Origin: Octopus sinensis
Taxonomy: Eukaryota
Length of the DNA stretch: 64,000 nt
Reading direction: 5' to 3'
Assembly: GCF_006345805.1 (NCBI RefSeq)
Contig: NC_043005.1
Coordinates: 91,636,001 to 91,700,000 of the forward strand
This document shows, piece after piece, positions 1-10,661 of this stretch. Each line of letters opens with the position of its first letter. Positions within the stretch are counted from its first letter, which is position 1. The notes beneath the pieces are model-generated. The model was not told the origin of the DNA. It was given only the letters and a program-made list of their open reading frames with translations, and did not search any database. The position numbers and the translations under genes are program-made.

Positions 1-276
1 AATGCTGAATCAGTGAAACAACGGTTAGCACGCCAGATTACACACAGGTCCAATAGAATAAGCTCTCAGAAACAGACATGAACAAAGTCGTTCTTCACAA
101 CCACCTGGAGCTGCTTTCAGATACGACCCATCACATTCTTTTAAAAATGATAACTCTGTTCAAATTGGTGTGCTAAACTCAAATTGTTGTTTATGCAAAG
201 CTGTAAAGTTTACTCCACAAATGTTTTGTCGTCGATGCTGCACCTGTTTCTCGTATCACCTGTTTCAACATGACTG

Positions 277-278
<2 letters not shown>
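1..278 (-). mobile_element. Possible terminus of a Tc1/mariner-like DNA element
   Basis: Minus strand begins TA|CAGTCATGTTGAAACAGGTG directly at a (TA)n run, resembling a Tc1-type TIR; the other end is not in the window. Confidence 0.3.
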
Positions 279-311
<33 letters not shown>

Positions 312-313
<2 letters not shown>

Positions 314-357
314 AACTATGCGGTTTAATCCCGAGCAACGCCGGGTGTCTCTGCTGG

Positions 358-358
<1 letters not shown>
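312..358 (+). mobile_element. Helitron-like 3' terminus fragment
   Basis: GC-rich hairpin CCCGAGCAACGCCGGG followed about 8 nt later by CTGG|T (CTRR|T), embedded in (TA)n. Confidence 0.55.
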
Positions 359-390
<32 letters not shown>

Positions 391-518
391 AGTTCATAGA
401 AGAGAATCAGATATTCCTAGTATAGAGTACACTTAGTATTGCTCAAGGGGTTTAAACTTGAGCGGGTAGAGAAGTAAAACTAAGACCACCTTCCTAACTC
501 GCTTATCCTTACATTTAT

Positions 519-590
519 ACATACATACATGCATACATACATACATACATACATACATACATACATACATACATACATACATACATACAT
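519..590. repeat. (CATA)n microsatellite
   Basis: Directly visible tandem CATA. Confidence 0.95.
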
Positions 591-803
591 GTATGCATGC
601 ATATGTTTTGCTTCAGCATTGCGAACGCAATAAACGTATGTTTCTGAACGCAGTGTTAGATGAGTAGAGAGCAGTAATAACAAAAAGAGATGACACAAGA
701 AAAGCAATGGCTATATTATGATCTTCATTAGCTTACACCTGTTTGTGCTATAAGATGCAGCGGGCTCTTAGCAATATACAGGGAAAGCATTGCTTTCCAT
801 GTA

Positions 804-2045
804 CAGTGATACCTCGCAGTACGAGTCTATTTCGTTCCATGACCGTGCTCGTTTTACGCTTTACTCGTTTTACAAATCAATTTTCCCCATTCAAATTTTC
901 ATTTTTTATGGGTTTTAAAACAGAAAAAGTGCAGATATAAGGAAAATGACAATTATAAAAACATAATAAAAGAGAATGCAAAAGAAATATGTAAACTGGT
1001 TTTATCAATTTAATTACCTTAAAGATGGGACGATGTGTGCGCGAGGAAGACGATGGAGCGGAGAGGAGGAGGAAGATTATTGTTTGGAAGGAAAATCTCC
1101 TTCCATTAAGACTTCAGGAAGAACAATTTCTAGCGTTTTCTCTCTCACTTCGCCTAATTTAGGCTTTTTGAACACACTTTCTTCACTTTTCACACTTACA
1201 GGTCGTTTCATTAGAAACATATCAAGAGAAGTCTGCTTTTTCCCGCGTTTCAAAATGTTACGAAAATGCGCCAGAGCAATTAAATAAAGCAGCTGCACGA
1301 CTTGTAGATACTTTTTCAGGATATTTTTCTACAAATTCAGAAACATACTACCACTAAGCCAAACACTACCTTTATGTCACTCGTAGAGATAGCCTTCTCC
1401 GCTACACTGTCCTCCTCCGGGGAACTAATCTCTTCCACCGCATCCGAACACTGCTGCTCCCGAAGCAGCAAGAGTTGATCTGTTGTCAGCTTCTCTGAGT
1501 GATCCTCGACGATATCGTTAATGTCCCCATTGTCAACGTCGAGGCCCATGGATTTACCAAGAGACACTGTCTTTTCGACTGCAGGTGTCTCAGACTCAAA
1601 GCCCTCGAAGTCTGTTTCGGATACACAGTCAGGCCAGTTTCCTCCATGAAGAATTCAGCGTTCTCCTCGTGACACCCTGTCAGGCCATATCGATGATTTT
1701 CAGGCAGATAACAACGTTGTAGTGCTCCTTCCAAAATTTATGAATTTGTATTTTTGGTGACTTCAAAGCAACGACAAAAGAGGTGTTTGGTGTATAATTT
1801 CTTAAAATTAGAAATCACCTGTTGGTCCATGGACTGCAAGAGAGGGGTGGTGTTGCGTGAAAGGTATAGAATTTTTATAAATTTAAATTTGTCCAGGATA
1901 TCGTCTTCGAAGTTAGGAGGGTGAGCAGGAGCATTGCCGAGGATAAGGAGGGCCTTGAGAGGAAGATCGTTCTCCAGAAGGTACTTTTTCACTGATGGTT
2001 CGAAGATAAGGTTGACCCATTCGGTGAAGAATTGCCCGTCACAAT
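804..2045 (-). mobile_element. Tigger/pogo-like DNA transposon, 3' part; decayed DDE_1-type transposase
   Basis: Terminus TA|CAGTGATACCTCG at 802-816. Frameshifted minus ORFs (1738-2045, 1337-1567, 1077-1298) encode FFTEW..KALLILGNAPAHP..NTTPLLQSMDQQVISNFKKLY and the C-terminal KQTSLDMFL, typical of pogo/Tigger. The expected catalytic D in L-D-NAxxH reads G. Confidence 0.88.
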
Positions 2046-2862
2046 TTTCTAAGAGCTGGGTCAGGCAGCTCCTACTTGATCGAAAACCATGTTGGGTATC
2101 ACTTAGCAAGTTATTTTCTTCAAGGAATGCGATTAGTTTCCCTCTGACTATCCGTTCCATGACTTTGCTGATGTGTGAAGTCAGAGAGATAGGCCTATAG
2201 TTTTTGGCATCTGCTCTACTTCCCCCTTTATGTATTGGGCATATTATTCCCTCCTTCACCTTGCTTGGCAGTTTGCCATTTGTAAGAAAGCTCTGAAAGA
2301 GAATCTTGAGGAGTTTTGTCAGGGCATGTTTACACGATTTGAGGAGGATTCATGGGAAACCGTCAGGACCAGCAGTTGAGTTTGTGTCCACTTCATCTAT
2401 GGCTAGTAATACATCTTCTTCGCTAATGTCAGTACATTCTATTGTAACCGCCTCGCTGGTTATAGGCGAGGCGGCAAAGAAGTCCACTGGTTCGTTCACT
2501 TGTCTGTGTTCCAACGGGGTGGTAAAGACACTTTTGAACTGGTCAATCAGTATCTCACTGATCTTAGTTGGACTGTCTGTGAGGGAACCATCTTTTTGGA
2601 GGAGGGGTCCTATCTTGTAGTGTACTGAGGCTGTTTCTTTCGCGTAATGAAAGAAGGCCTTTGGGTTTGATTTAATGTTTTTTATAACCCAGGCTTCTTT
2701 GTCTGCTTTCACCCTCACATAGGATTGTTGCAGACTTTTTTCGATCTCTATCAGTGTTGTTTTTAGGCGGGACGTTTCGCTGCTTTTGGGATGTTGGTTG
2801 AGACGATTTGCAACCTTCGTCCGTCGTCTCATGAGGATCTTCCTATCTCTTGGAATCTTGCT

Positions 2863-2864
<2 letters not shown>
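2046..2864 (-). mobile_element. Non-LTR retrotransposon (CR1/L2-group LINE) ORF2 fragment, linker plus start of RT
   Basis: IKSNPKAFFHY..GPDGFP (frameshift) ILLKSCK..PIHKGGSRADAKNYRPISLTSHISKVMERIV..QHGFRSSRSCLTQLL. Truncated at both ends. Confidence 0.88.
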
Positions 2865-2951
<87 letters not shown>

Positions 2952-2952
<1 letters not shown>

Positions 2953-3194
2953 AAGTTCAGCAAAATTTAGATTCAGATGAATATGGTACTTAAGTTAAAG
3001 GCACCAGAATTTTGTATGGTATTATCCATATAAATCAAATGGGGTGATTATAATCAAAATAAGCAACAAGGATATCCAAGGTAGTGTAGTACAATCGTTT
3101 CATGCTACTTCATTTCAGTGTTTAATAAAATGAAGTAGCATGAAACGATTGTACTACACTACCTTGGATATCCTTGTTGCTTATTTTGATTATA
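2952..3194 (-). mobile_element. Short (TA)n-flanked element with terminal fold-back palindrome (Penelope-like remnant suspected)
   Basis: Perfect 67 bp inverted arms 3049-3115 / 3128-3194 with a 12 nt spacer; (TA)n on both sides. Confidence 0.6.
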
Positions 3195-4790
3195 TATATA
3201 TATGTGTGTGTGTGTGTGTATGTATACACACACACACACACAGATACTTATGTATATGTGTGTATACTCCTCCCCACACACATAAACCAAATATTAATAT
3301 ATTATCTGCGATAGCGATACAGTTAAACATTTTTCGTTGACGATGTATTTATTTATTTATTTATTTTGTGACAAACTACGAAGCTCACTTGAAGGGTTTC
3401 TAATTATACATTTGACAGGTTTACACCCAGTTTCTGTCTCTCAAATTCTACTCACAACGTTTTGATCAGCCTCTGGTTATTTCAGAAAAACACTTATCTA
3501 TCTTTTCGCGAGCAACGACCCTTGAGAAAGAAGAAAAGAATAATTTAGAAGTGCGCGCACGTGTGTGTTAAATATCTTATTGATATCAAATTGTAAACAA
3601 TTTTCGGAATCTCTCAAACATAATTTTGATTTGTTTTCCTAAATTCTAAGCAAATCAACTTTAGGACTAACTAGATGGGCTGTAGATATTTTGGTTTGGC
3701 TGGGTGCTGTTACCAATTATTAAAACCACGTGGTTTCGGGTTCAGTGTCACTGCTTGCGCCTTGGGTCGACTAAAGCCTTGTAAGTGGATTTGGGAGACA
3801 GAAAATGAAAGAAGGCCGTCTTATGAAATTGTGTGCGTGAGGGCGCGCGCGTGTGTATATATACAAAAACTGCTCGTATGGTTAATTATGTTTTCGTGCC
3901 CATGAAGTTTGACGATGCCCAGCTTGTTGCTTTGGTAGAATAGCAATTAAATGGAATTTGTCGGGGCTTTATTTTCTTCGAAACTATTAACTTCTACTTC
4001 GAAAATAAGTGTTTCATGACAGTCCAGTGTAATTTTTAAAGATCACATTTGGAATATACATTTTAGCTTTTGTAGAGACGATGAACAGTTAAAAGGGGAG
4101 AGGAAGATTGGAAACTGGAATGAGAAATGGAGAGACCAAACAACTATTTTTCGGTTTAAGTTGAAAATAGAAAATACGTCATGTAATGTGGATTAGAGCA
4201 GTGTTTAACGGGGATGAGATGTAAGAATTGAAAAGCGGTCGGATAAACTGTCAGGTTTAGTAAAAAAAATTAATATGGCTTTAAGCTTTTAAACTTGTCC
4301 AACACTGGTGAAAAAAGAATACAAACTTACAATCTATGGATGTAACCTCTGCTGTCTTGTTAATAAAAATAGGTGGAAACAAAAAACACTAATTAAAAAA
4401 CTTTTTGTCAGTTTATCGTTGGGTTTATTTGTAGCCAAGACAGATAAATACAGCAGAGTGATAATCAGAAACGAGAGATAGCATTATATTCAGATTCGAT
4501 TGTTTAAAACTTGCTTTTGATTATCACATTTTTATTGAATGGGGTTGATAGCTATATTTTGACTCGATCAATATGTAGATTGATATTCAGTATTTGACGA
4601 TTATTAAATAAAAGAAGCTAACTAGAATATCGAGAGCGCATTCTATTATTGTTGCCTGTCGTTAGTGAACGTGTTCATCTTGCTGAGATGAACACGAGTC
4701 TCGCTTACAAAACTTCGCTTTTACTCACTTATTTAATATTTCTTTCTACTATAGGAGTGAAGCCTTAAATTTGGTGGGAAGGGGCACATT

Positions 4791-5544
4791 GGATCTTTTC
4801 ATTTTGAAGGCCAGATTTTCCTAGTTAACTAAACAATTTGAAACTTCGTATACTGGTAGAATGTGTCAAAAGAAAACATTATTGTAAACAAAATTGAAAA
4901 CAAAATTGTAATTCGTAACTTAAACGTAGTTTAATTTTAAGAATTTTAACAAATGAAATCGCAGAATTCGAGCTCAAATTATTTACCTCTTCTTGTGTCT
5001 TCTACATGTGCAAGAAATAACAGCTATATCTCTTAAATCGATTAATTTCGTCGCCCAATAAAAATATTAAGGATATTTTTTGAATATTTTCTTTCTTTTT
5101 TTTTTACCGAAAAGGCTTCTCCCATGGTTTTGAAGGGCCAGAAACAACAAAAACAAAACAATAATATGCCTAAATCGGTCTCGAGTTGAGTGTGAGTAGT
5201 ATTGTAAAAATTTGCGAAATATCTTTTCATAAAAGGATGCCCCCAGCTTTTCAGAAGCTGTGATATAAATTGGGAAAAAAATCCTCGACACCAGTGCGTA
5301 ATTGGTACTTAATTGGTACTTAATTTATCGACCCCGAAACGATGAAACATTGACCCCCCCCCCCTTCTGGTTTATTTACCTTTTGTGCAAATTTGTTGCG
5401 GCAAGTGGCAAAACACGAACGTGTAATGTATGCTTGTGTGCGTATGTGTGTGTATGTATATGTCCGTTTGTATGTGTGTGTACGCTTATATATTAATTAC
5501 TATGTGCTTGTGCAAATGTATATGCATGTGTTTGAGAGAGAGAG

Positions 5545-5578
<34 letters not shown>

Positions 5579-5797
5579 GTGCTTCTGCTATATTTCTTTA
5601 TCAATATCGATAACGCAGTAATGCTGGGATTTCATTTGTTAAAATTCTTAAAATTAAACTACGTTTAAGTTACGAATTACAATTTTGTTTTCAATTTTGT
5701 TTACAATAATGTTTTCTTTTGACACATTCTACCAGTATACGAAGTTTCAAATTGTTTAGTTAACTAGGAAAATCTGGCCTTCAAAATGAAAAGATCC
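4791..5797. mobile_element. Non-autonomous DNA transposon with ~170 bp TIRs (Merlin- or Mutator-like)
   Basis: TIRs 4791-4960 and 5628-5797 read as exact inverted copies starting GGATCTTTTC. 8 bp TSD GGCACATT at 4783-4790 and 5798-5805. Interrupts a SINE. Confidence 0.85.
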
Positions 5798-5977
5798 GGC
5801 ACATTGACCCTACTGTTCATTTTATTGACTCCGAAAGGGATGAAAGGCAAGTTGACCTCAGAATGTAAAACCGACAGAAATGTCGTTCAGCATTTTTGTT
5901 CGGCGCGCTAACGATTCTGCCATCTTCCCACCTTCTCCACTATTTATAAAGAATTTGCTCGGCTCGACGCTATAGTA

Positions 5978-6500
5978 CATGGGCTCTCAAAGTGAGCACT
6001 ACCGCCACCCTCGGACGTTGAAACAGTCTAGGTGGGCACTGGTGCCTGAGGAGGCGGTGGGGTGGTAGAGAAAAAGGAGGCGTTGGGAGGAAGGCAGTGA
6101 ATTGGGGGACGCTATGAATTTATTGTAGTACTGTATACAAATTATATAATATTATATTAAATATCAAATGATTCATAGTATATATAAATTAGTAAAATGT
6201 AAAATATTTATTAGAGTAGTTGTATACTGTCAACTTAATGTGACAGTCCCATGAAGGGAATCACACCAACGCTATTTAGCCCTAGGAAGCATCGACGCTT
6301 CCTGTCAGCTTTGACACATTTCCTGTGTCCTTATGTTTACAAGGGGGAGACAAGCACCTCCACCCAGCTAAGCCTGCATTCAGAGATTAGTTTCTGAGTC
6401 TTTGCTCGTCATCAGTCTGGAGTAAAAATAGTGGTGGGGACGCTGAGGGTATTATGTGGCCATGAGGCGGACAGTGGCCCAAAAAGTTTGAGAACCTCTG
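5978..6500. mobile_element. hAT (Charlie-type) MITE inserted into a SINE
   Basis: Ends CATGGGCTCTCAAAG / GTTTGAGAACCTCTG. 8 bp TSD CTATAGTA (5970-5977) / CCATAGTA (6501-6508). Flanks rejoin into the SINE motif gctatagtagaagacac. Confidence 0.8.
6381..6419 (-). ncRNA. Minimal type I hammerhead ribozyme motif
   Basis: Minus strand: CAGA-CTGATGA-C GAG CAAAGA CTC A-GAAA-CTAA-TC^TCTG. Stem I 4 bp, stem II 3 bp, 1 bp stem III with near-palindromic loop CTAA. Confidence 0.62.
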
Positions 6501-6607
6501 CCATAGTAGAAGGCACATGTCTAAGGTATCAGGCAGTATTTTTTGCAGAAAAAAAAGAAAAACTACGTAAATTAAAACTTGCTAACGACTCGTCGTAGTG
6601 TAGATAT

Positions 6608-6836
6608 CTCTTATCATTTACTTGTTTCAGTCATTAGACTGCGGCAATGCTTGTCTTCCGCCTTGACAACATTTTAATCGAATGAATCGACACCAATACT
6701 TATGTTTCTTTAAAGCCTGGTACTTATTCTATGGGTCTCTTTTGCCGAACAGCTAAGATACGGGAACATAAACACACCAACATCTGTTGTCAAGCGCCGA
6801 AGGTGGACACACACATACATGTGTGTGTATATATAT

Positions 6837-6891
<55 letters not shown>

Positions 6892-7040
6892 CAGGCTTCT
6901 TCAGTTTCCATCTACCAAATCCACTCACAAAGCTTAGGTTGGCCCGAAGCTATAGTAGAAGACACTTGCTCAAGGTGTCACGCAGTGGGACTGAACCCGG
7001 AACCATATGGTTGGGAAGCAAAGCTTCTCTCCACACAGCC
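6608..7040 (-). mobile_element. tRNA-derived SINE, family A, near full length
   Basis: Reverse complement of the 11355-11764 element, with internal (TA)n. Confidence 0.85.
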
Positions 7041-7044
7041 ACCT

Positions 7045-7491
7045 TTTGCGATATTTTTCTTCTGAGACACATGTCCAATTTTCGACCGTAATTATTTTAA
7101 AACATTTTATTACAAGATAAAATTATAAACATTCCAGGCAGAATCCGGACCCACAATCCTGAAATTTTGGATTTCCAAGTTTTCATTACTGTGATTGTTT
7201 TCGGCAATATTTTTTTACGTGACTTTTTGTGAGAAATTTTTTTCTACGATAACAATTTTTATAATTTAAAGGCCAACTCTGTGAGTAAATTAAAAGCATT
7301 CCGGGGCGAATCTGGACTTGCAATCCTGTCATTTGGGATTCCTATGTTTTCATTACTGCAATTGTTTTCAGTGAATTTGTTGCAATTGCCACAAATTCTC
7401 TAAAACAAGTTAGAGATCTGTTTGTTGATCTTCCCATTCGAGTCAGTTGCTTAAAAGCTATATGGTAGCTCAAAGGCCGCCCAATACTAGT
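7045..7491 (+). mobile_element. Possible non-autonomous Helitron-like element with two diverged internal repeats
   Basis: Two related units (about 7127-7202 and 7293-7369: cattcc..gaatc.ggac..caatcctg..ttttcattactg..attgttttc); ends CTAG|T at a TA run. Confidence 0.4.
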
Positions 7492-7492
7492 A

Positions 7493-7556
<64 letters not shown>

Positions 7557-7560
<4 letters not shown>

Positions 7561-7870
7561 ATCAATTTAGGGTAGCAAAAAATTCAGTAAAAATTTATCG
7601 TTACCAGCGCCTAGTGGAAAAGAGAAAATAGTCAAAGACAAATATGTATAAATATAACAATTTAGGAATGGCCTAAACAGGCCATTCGTCCACCAGAAAG
7701 AGCAGCCAGAACTCCAACCGCCAAGTAGTGTAATTCGGAAATAAGGTGAAAAGGTAAATGTTTTTAAATTTTCACCTTATTTCCGAATTACACTACTTGG
7801 CGGTTGGGAGTTCTGGCTGCTCTTTCTGGTGGACGAATGGCCTGTTTAGGCCATTCCTAAATTGTTATAT
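7557..7870 (-). mobile_element. (TA)n-flanked element with ~100 bp fold-back palindrome
   Basis: Arms 7652-7752 / 7769-7870 with one indel; body is related to 21398-21597. Confidence 0.65.
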
Positions 7871-8063
7871 ATATATATATATATATATAATATATGTATA
7901 TGTATATATGTATATGTATATATATGTATATGTATATATATATGTATGTATATGTTATTATATTATATGTATATATGTATATGTATGTATATATATATGT
8001 ATGTATGGTATATATATGTATATGTATATATATATATGTATATGTATATATATGTATAATATA

Positions 8064-8098
<35 letters not shown>

Positions 8099-8113
8099 AT
8101 GTATATGTTATAT

Positions 8114-8177
<64 letters not shown>

Positions 8178-8196
8178 ATATTTGTATATATATATG

Positions 8197-8505
8197 TAGG
8201 TCCCGGGTTGAGTCGGGGTTAACCACAGTAAATAAGGTACTCAATACATAGCAGAGTAAATTAATTATTTTTATAGAAGGAGCTTCTACAGACAAGACTG
8301 TTTCATTCAAATGAAATCATCAGGAAGCTTTGTGTCAAGAATAGTTTGGGCATTTATACATTTAGGCAGGTGGTGGGGACGTTTTGGGGTAGGCATGGCG
8401 CAAACTGTCTTTCTTAGGGGAGTGGTCAAAAGAATCAGTGATAAAGTAGATAAATGAATAAATAGAATAATAGAAGAGAGTTTTAGGTAAATAAGAAGAC
8501 TATAT
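8197..8505 (-). mobile_element. Penelope-like element terminal (pLTR-like) segment carrying a hammerhead
   Basis: Unique sequence bounded by (TA)n, contains a complete hammerhead fold, and lies near a PLE-like ORF C-terminus. Confidence 0.6.
8281..8329 (-). ncRNA. Type I hammerhead ribozyme
   Basis: Minus strand: AGCTTC-CTGATGA-T TTC ATTT GAA T-GAA-ACAG TCTTGT CTGT-A^GAAGCT. Intact CUGAUGA/GAAA core, 6 bp stem I, 4 bp stem III, GUA cleavage triplet. Confidence 0.82.
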
Positions 8506-8598
8506 GCAAGCACACGCACACATATATCTACACACATATATATAAAAAGAATATACACACCCATACACACACACACTCATATATATATACATACACAT

Positions 8599-8629
<31 letters not shown>

Positions 8630-9028
8630 CATATGTGTATACATGCACACATATACACACACATTTCCTCCCCTATTTTATTTTTATTTTTATTTTTATT
8701 TTGACCTCGACCTACCCACCCGCCGACACACATTTAGTGGCGCTGAAGTAGACCCACCCGAGGGAACTAGCCGGCCTAAAAGAAAACCGTTTATTGCCCT
8801 CTCCCTTCCTTTCTATCTCTCTTCCCACGGATACGAACACAAACACTCACACACATACACACACTCCACACACACACACACACACACTCACACGCACACT
8901 CATACACATACACAAACGCACATGATCTATGTATACACATACATATATACACACAAGTACTCATGCTCATACATACATAAGTGTACCCACTTTCACATAA
9001 ACGTACACATAACTATGTACACAAACTA

Positions 9029-9172
9029 TGTGACCTTTGCATTTCTGAGAGCCTGGAGATCTTGTTCGCCAAAGGCCCTCTCCTCAACAAGATCTCGAAA
9101 CACTACCCAAACTGTATGCACAAAATTTATGCAAACTACAAAAAATACAGACCCATCCGGCAACCCGATTGA
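9029..9172 (+). pseudogene. C-terminal fragment of a Penelope-like element ORF (end of GIY-YIG endonuclease region)
   Basis: CDLCISESLEILFAKGPLLNKISKHYPNCMHK resembles the PLE terminal motif CxLCxxEKxxI...LLNKRxE...CRH. Confidence 0.65.
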
Positions 9173-9247
9173 CGACACCCCACCCACAAAACCCCCACCC
9201 CCACCATCCCTTCAGCACCCCCAATTACCTTCCCTCCTAAGACTACT

Positions 9248-9418
9248 CATATATATATGGATGTTGGCATATGTGCGTGTGCGTACATATATGTATACGA
9301 GTGCATATACGTATTTGTATGTGAGTGTATGTGCAAAAGTGTATGTACATGTGTATGTGAAGGCATGCATACGTATGCTTGTGTATATGTGTACATGCTT
9401 TTGCATGTGTATATATAT

Positions 9419-9466
<48 letters not shown>

Positions 9467-9468
9467 AT

Positions 9469-9500
<32 letters not shown>

Positions 9501-9725
9501 ATATTATGTATATATATATGTGTATGTATATATTGTGTATGTGTATGTGTGTAGATGTATGTGTATGTATTGTACATATATGTATTTATGGATATATATG
9601 TATGTGTATGTATGTATGTATGTATATGTATGTGTGTATATGTAGATGTGTATGAGTGTGTGTGTATACGGGTGTATATTACGTGTAGGTATATGCTTGT
9701 GTATATGTTTATGGGTGTGTATGTG

Positions 9726-9798
<73 letters not shown>

Positions 9799-10313
9799 GT
9801 AGTGTGTATGGGTGTAAATATGAATATGCGTATGTATGTGTGTACGTGTATTTACATATGTATATATCTTTATATGTGTACATATGTGTGTGTATATGTA
9901 TGTATGGATATATATATGTACGCTTGTGTGTTTTATGTATATGTATGTATGTATATATATGTGTATATGTATGTATATATATATGTGTATATTTATATGT
10001 ATGTATCTGTATGTATGTGTACATGTACGCGTATATGTATGTGTGAGTATGGGTATTTGCATGTATATATATTTATTATTTGTGTATGCGTGTATGTATA
10101 TGTGTATAAGTATATGTATGTATGCCTGTATGTATTTATGTATATATAGATGCGCGCGCGCGCGTGTGTGTATGTTGTTATGCATGTGTATATACATATG
10201 TATATATATGTAGCGTACGTGTATTGGTGTATATATGTGTTATTTGTGTATACGGTATGTTCGTGTATATATTATATATATATACATATATATATTATAT
10301 ATATTATATATAA

Positions 10314-10348
<35 letters not shown>

Positions 10349-10660
10349 GATATGTGTGTATATGCGTGTATACCTCTGTGTGGGTGTATGTATGTATATG
10401 TGAGTGTGTATGTATATGTATATATATGTGTATGTATGTGTATGTATGTGTATATATATGTGTGTATATGTATGTGTATGTATGTACGCGTATATGTATA
10501 TGTATGGACTTGTTGGGTTTCTTATATATGTAGATAGATATGTGTGCGTGCATGTGCGTAGATATGCGTACGTGTATTAGTATGTGCATGTATTTATATA
10601 TATGTATGTATATGTATAGATATATATGGATGTATGTGTATGTAGGTATGTATATATATA
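9248..10660. repeat. Degenerate (TA)/(TG)/(TATG) low-complexity tract
   Basis: Direct inspection. Confidence 0.95.
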
Positions 10661-10661
10661 T

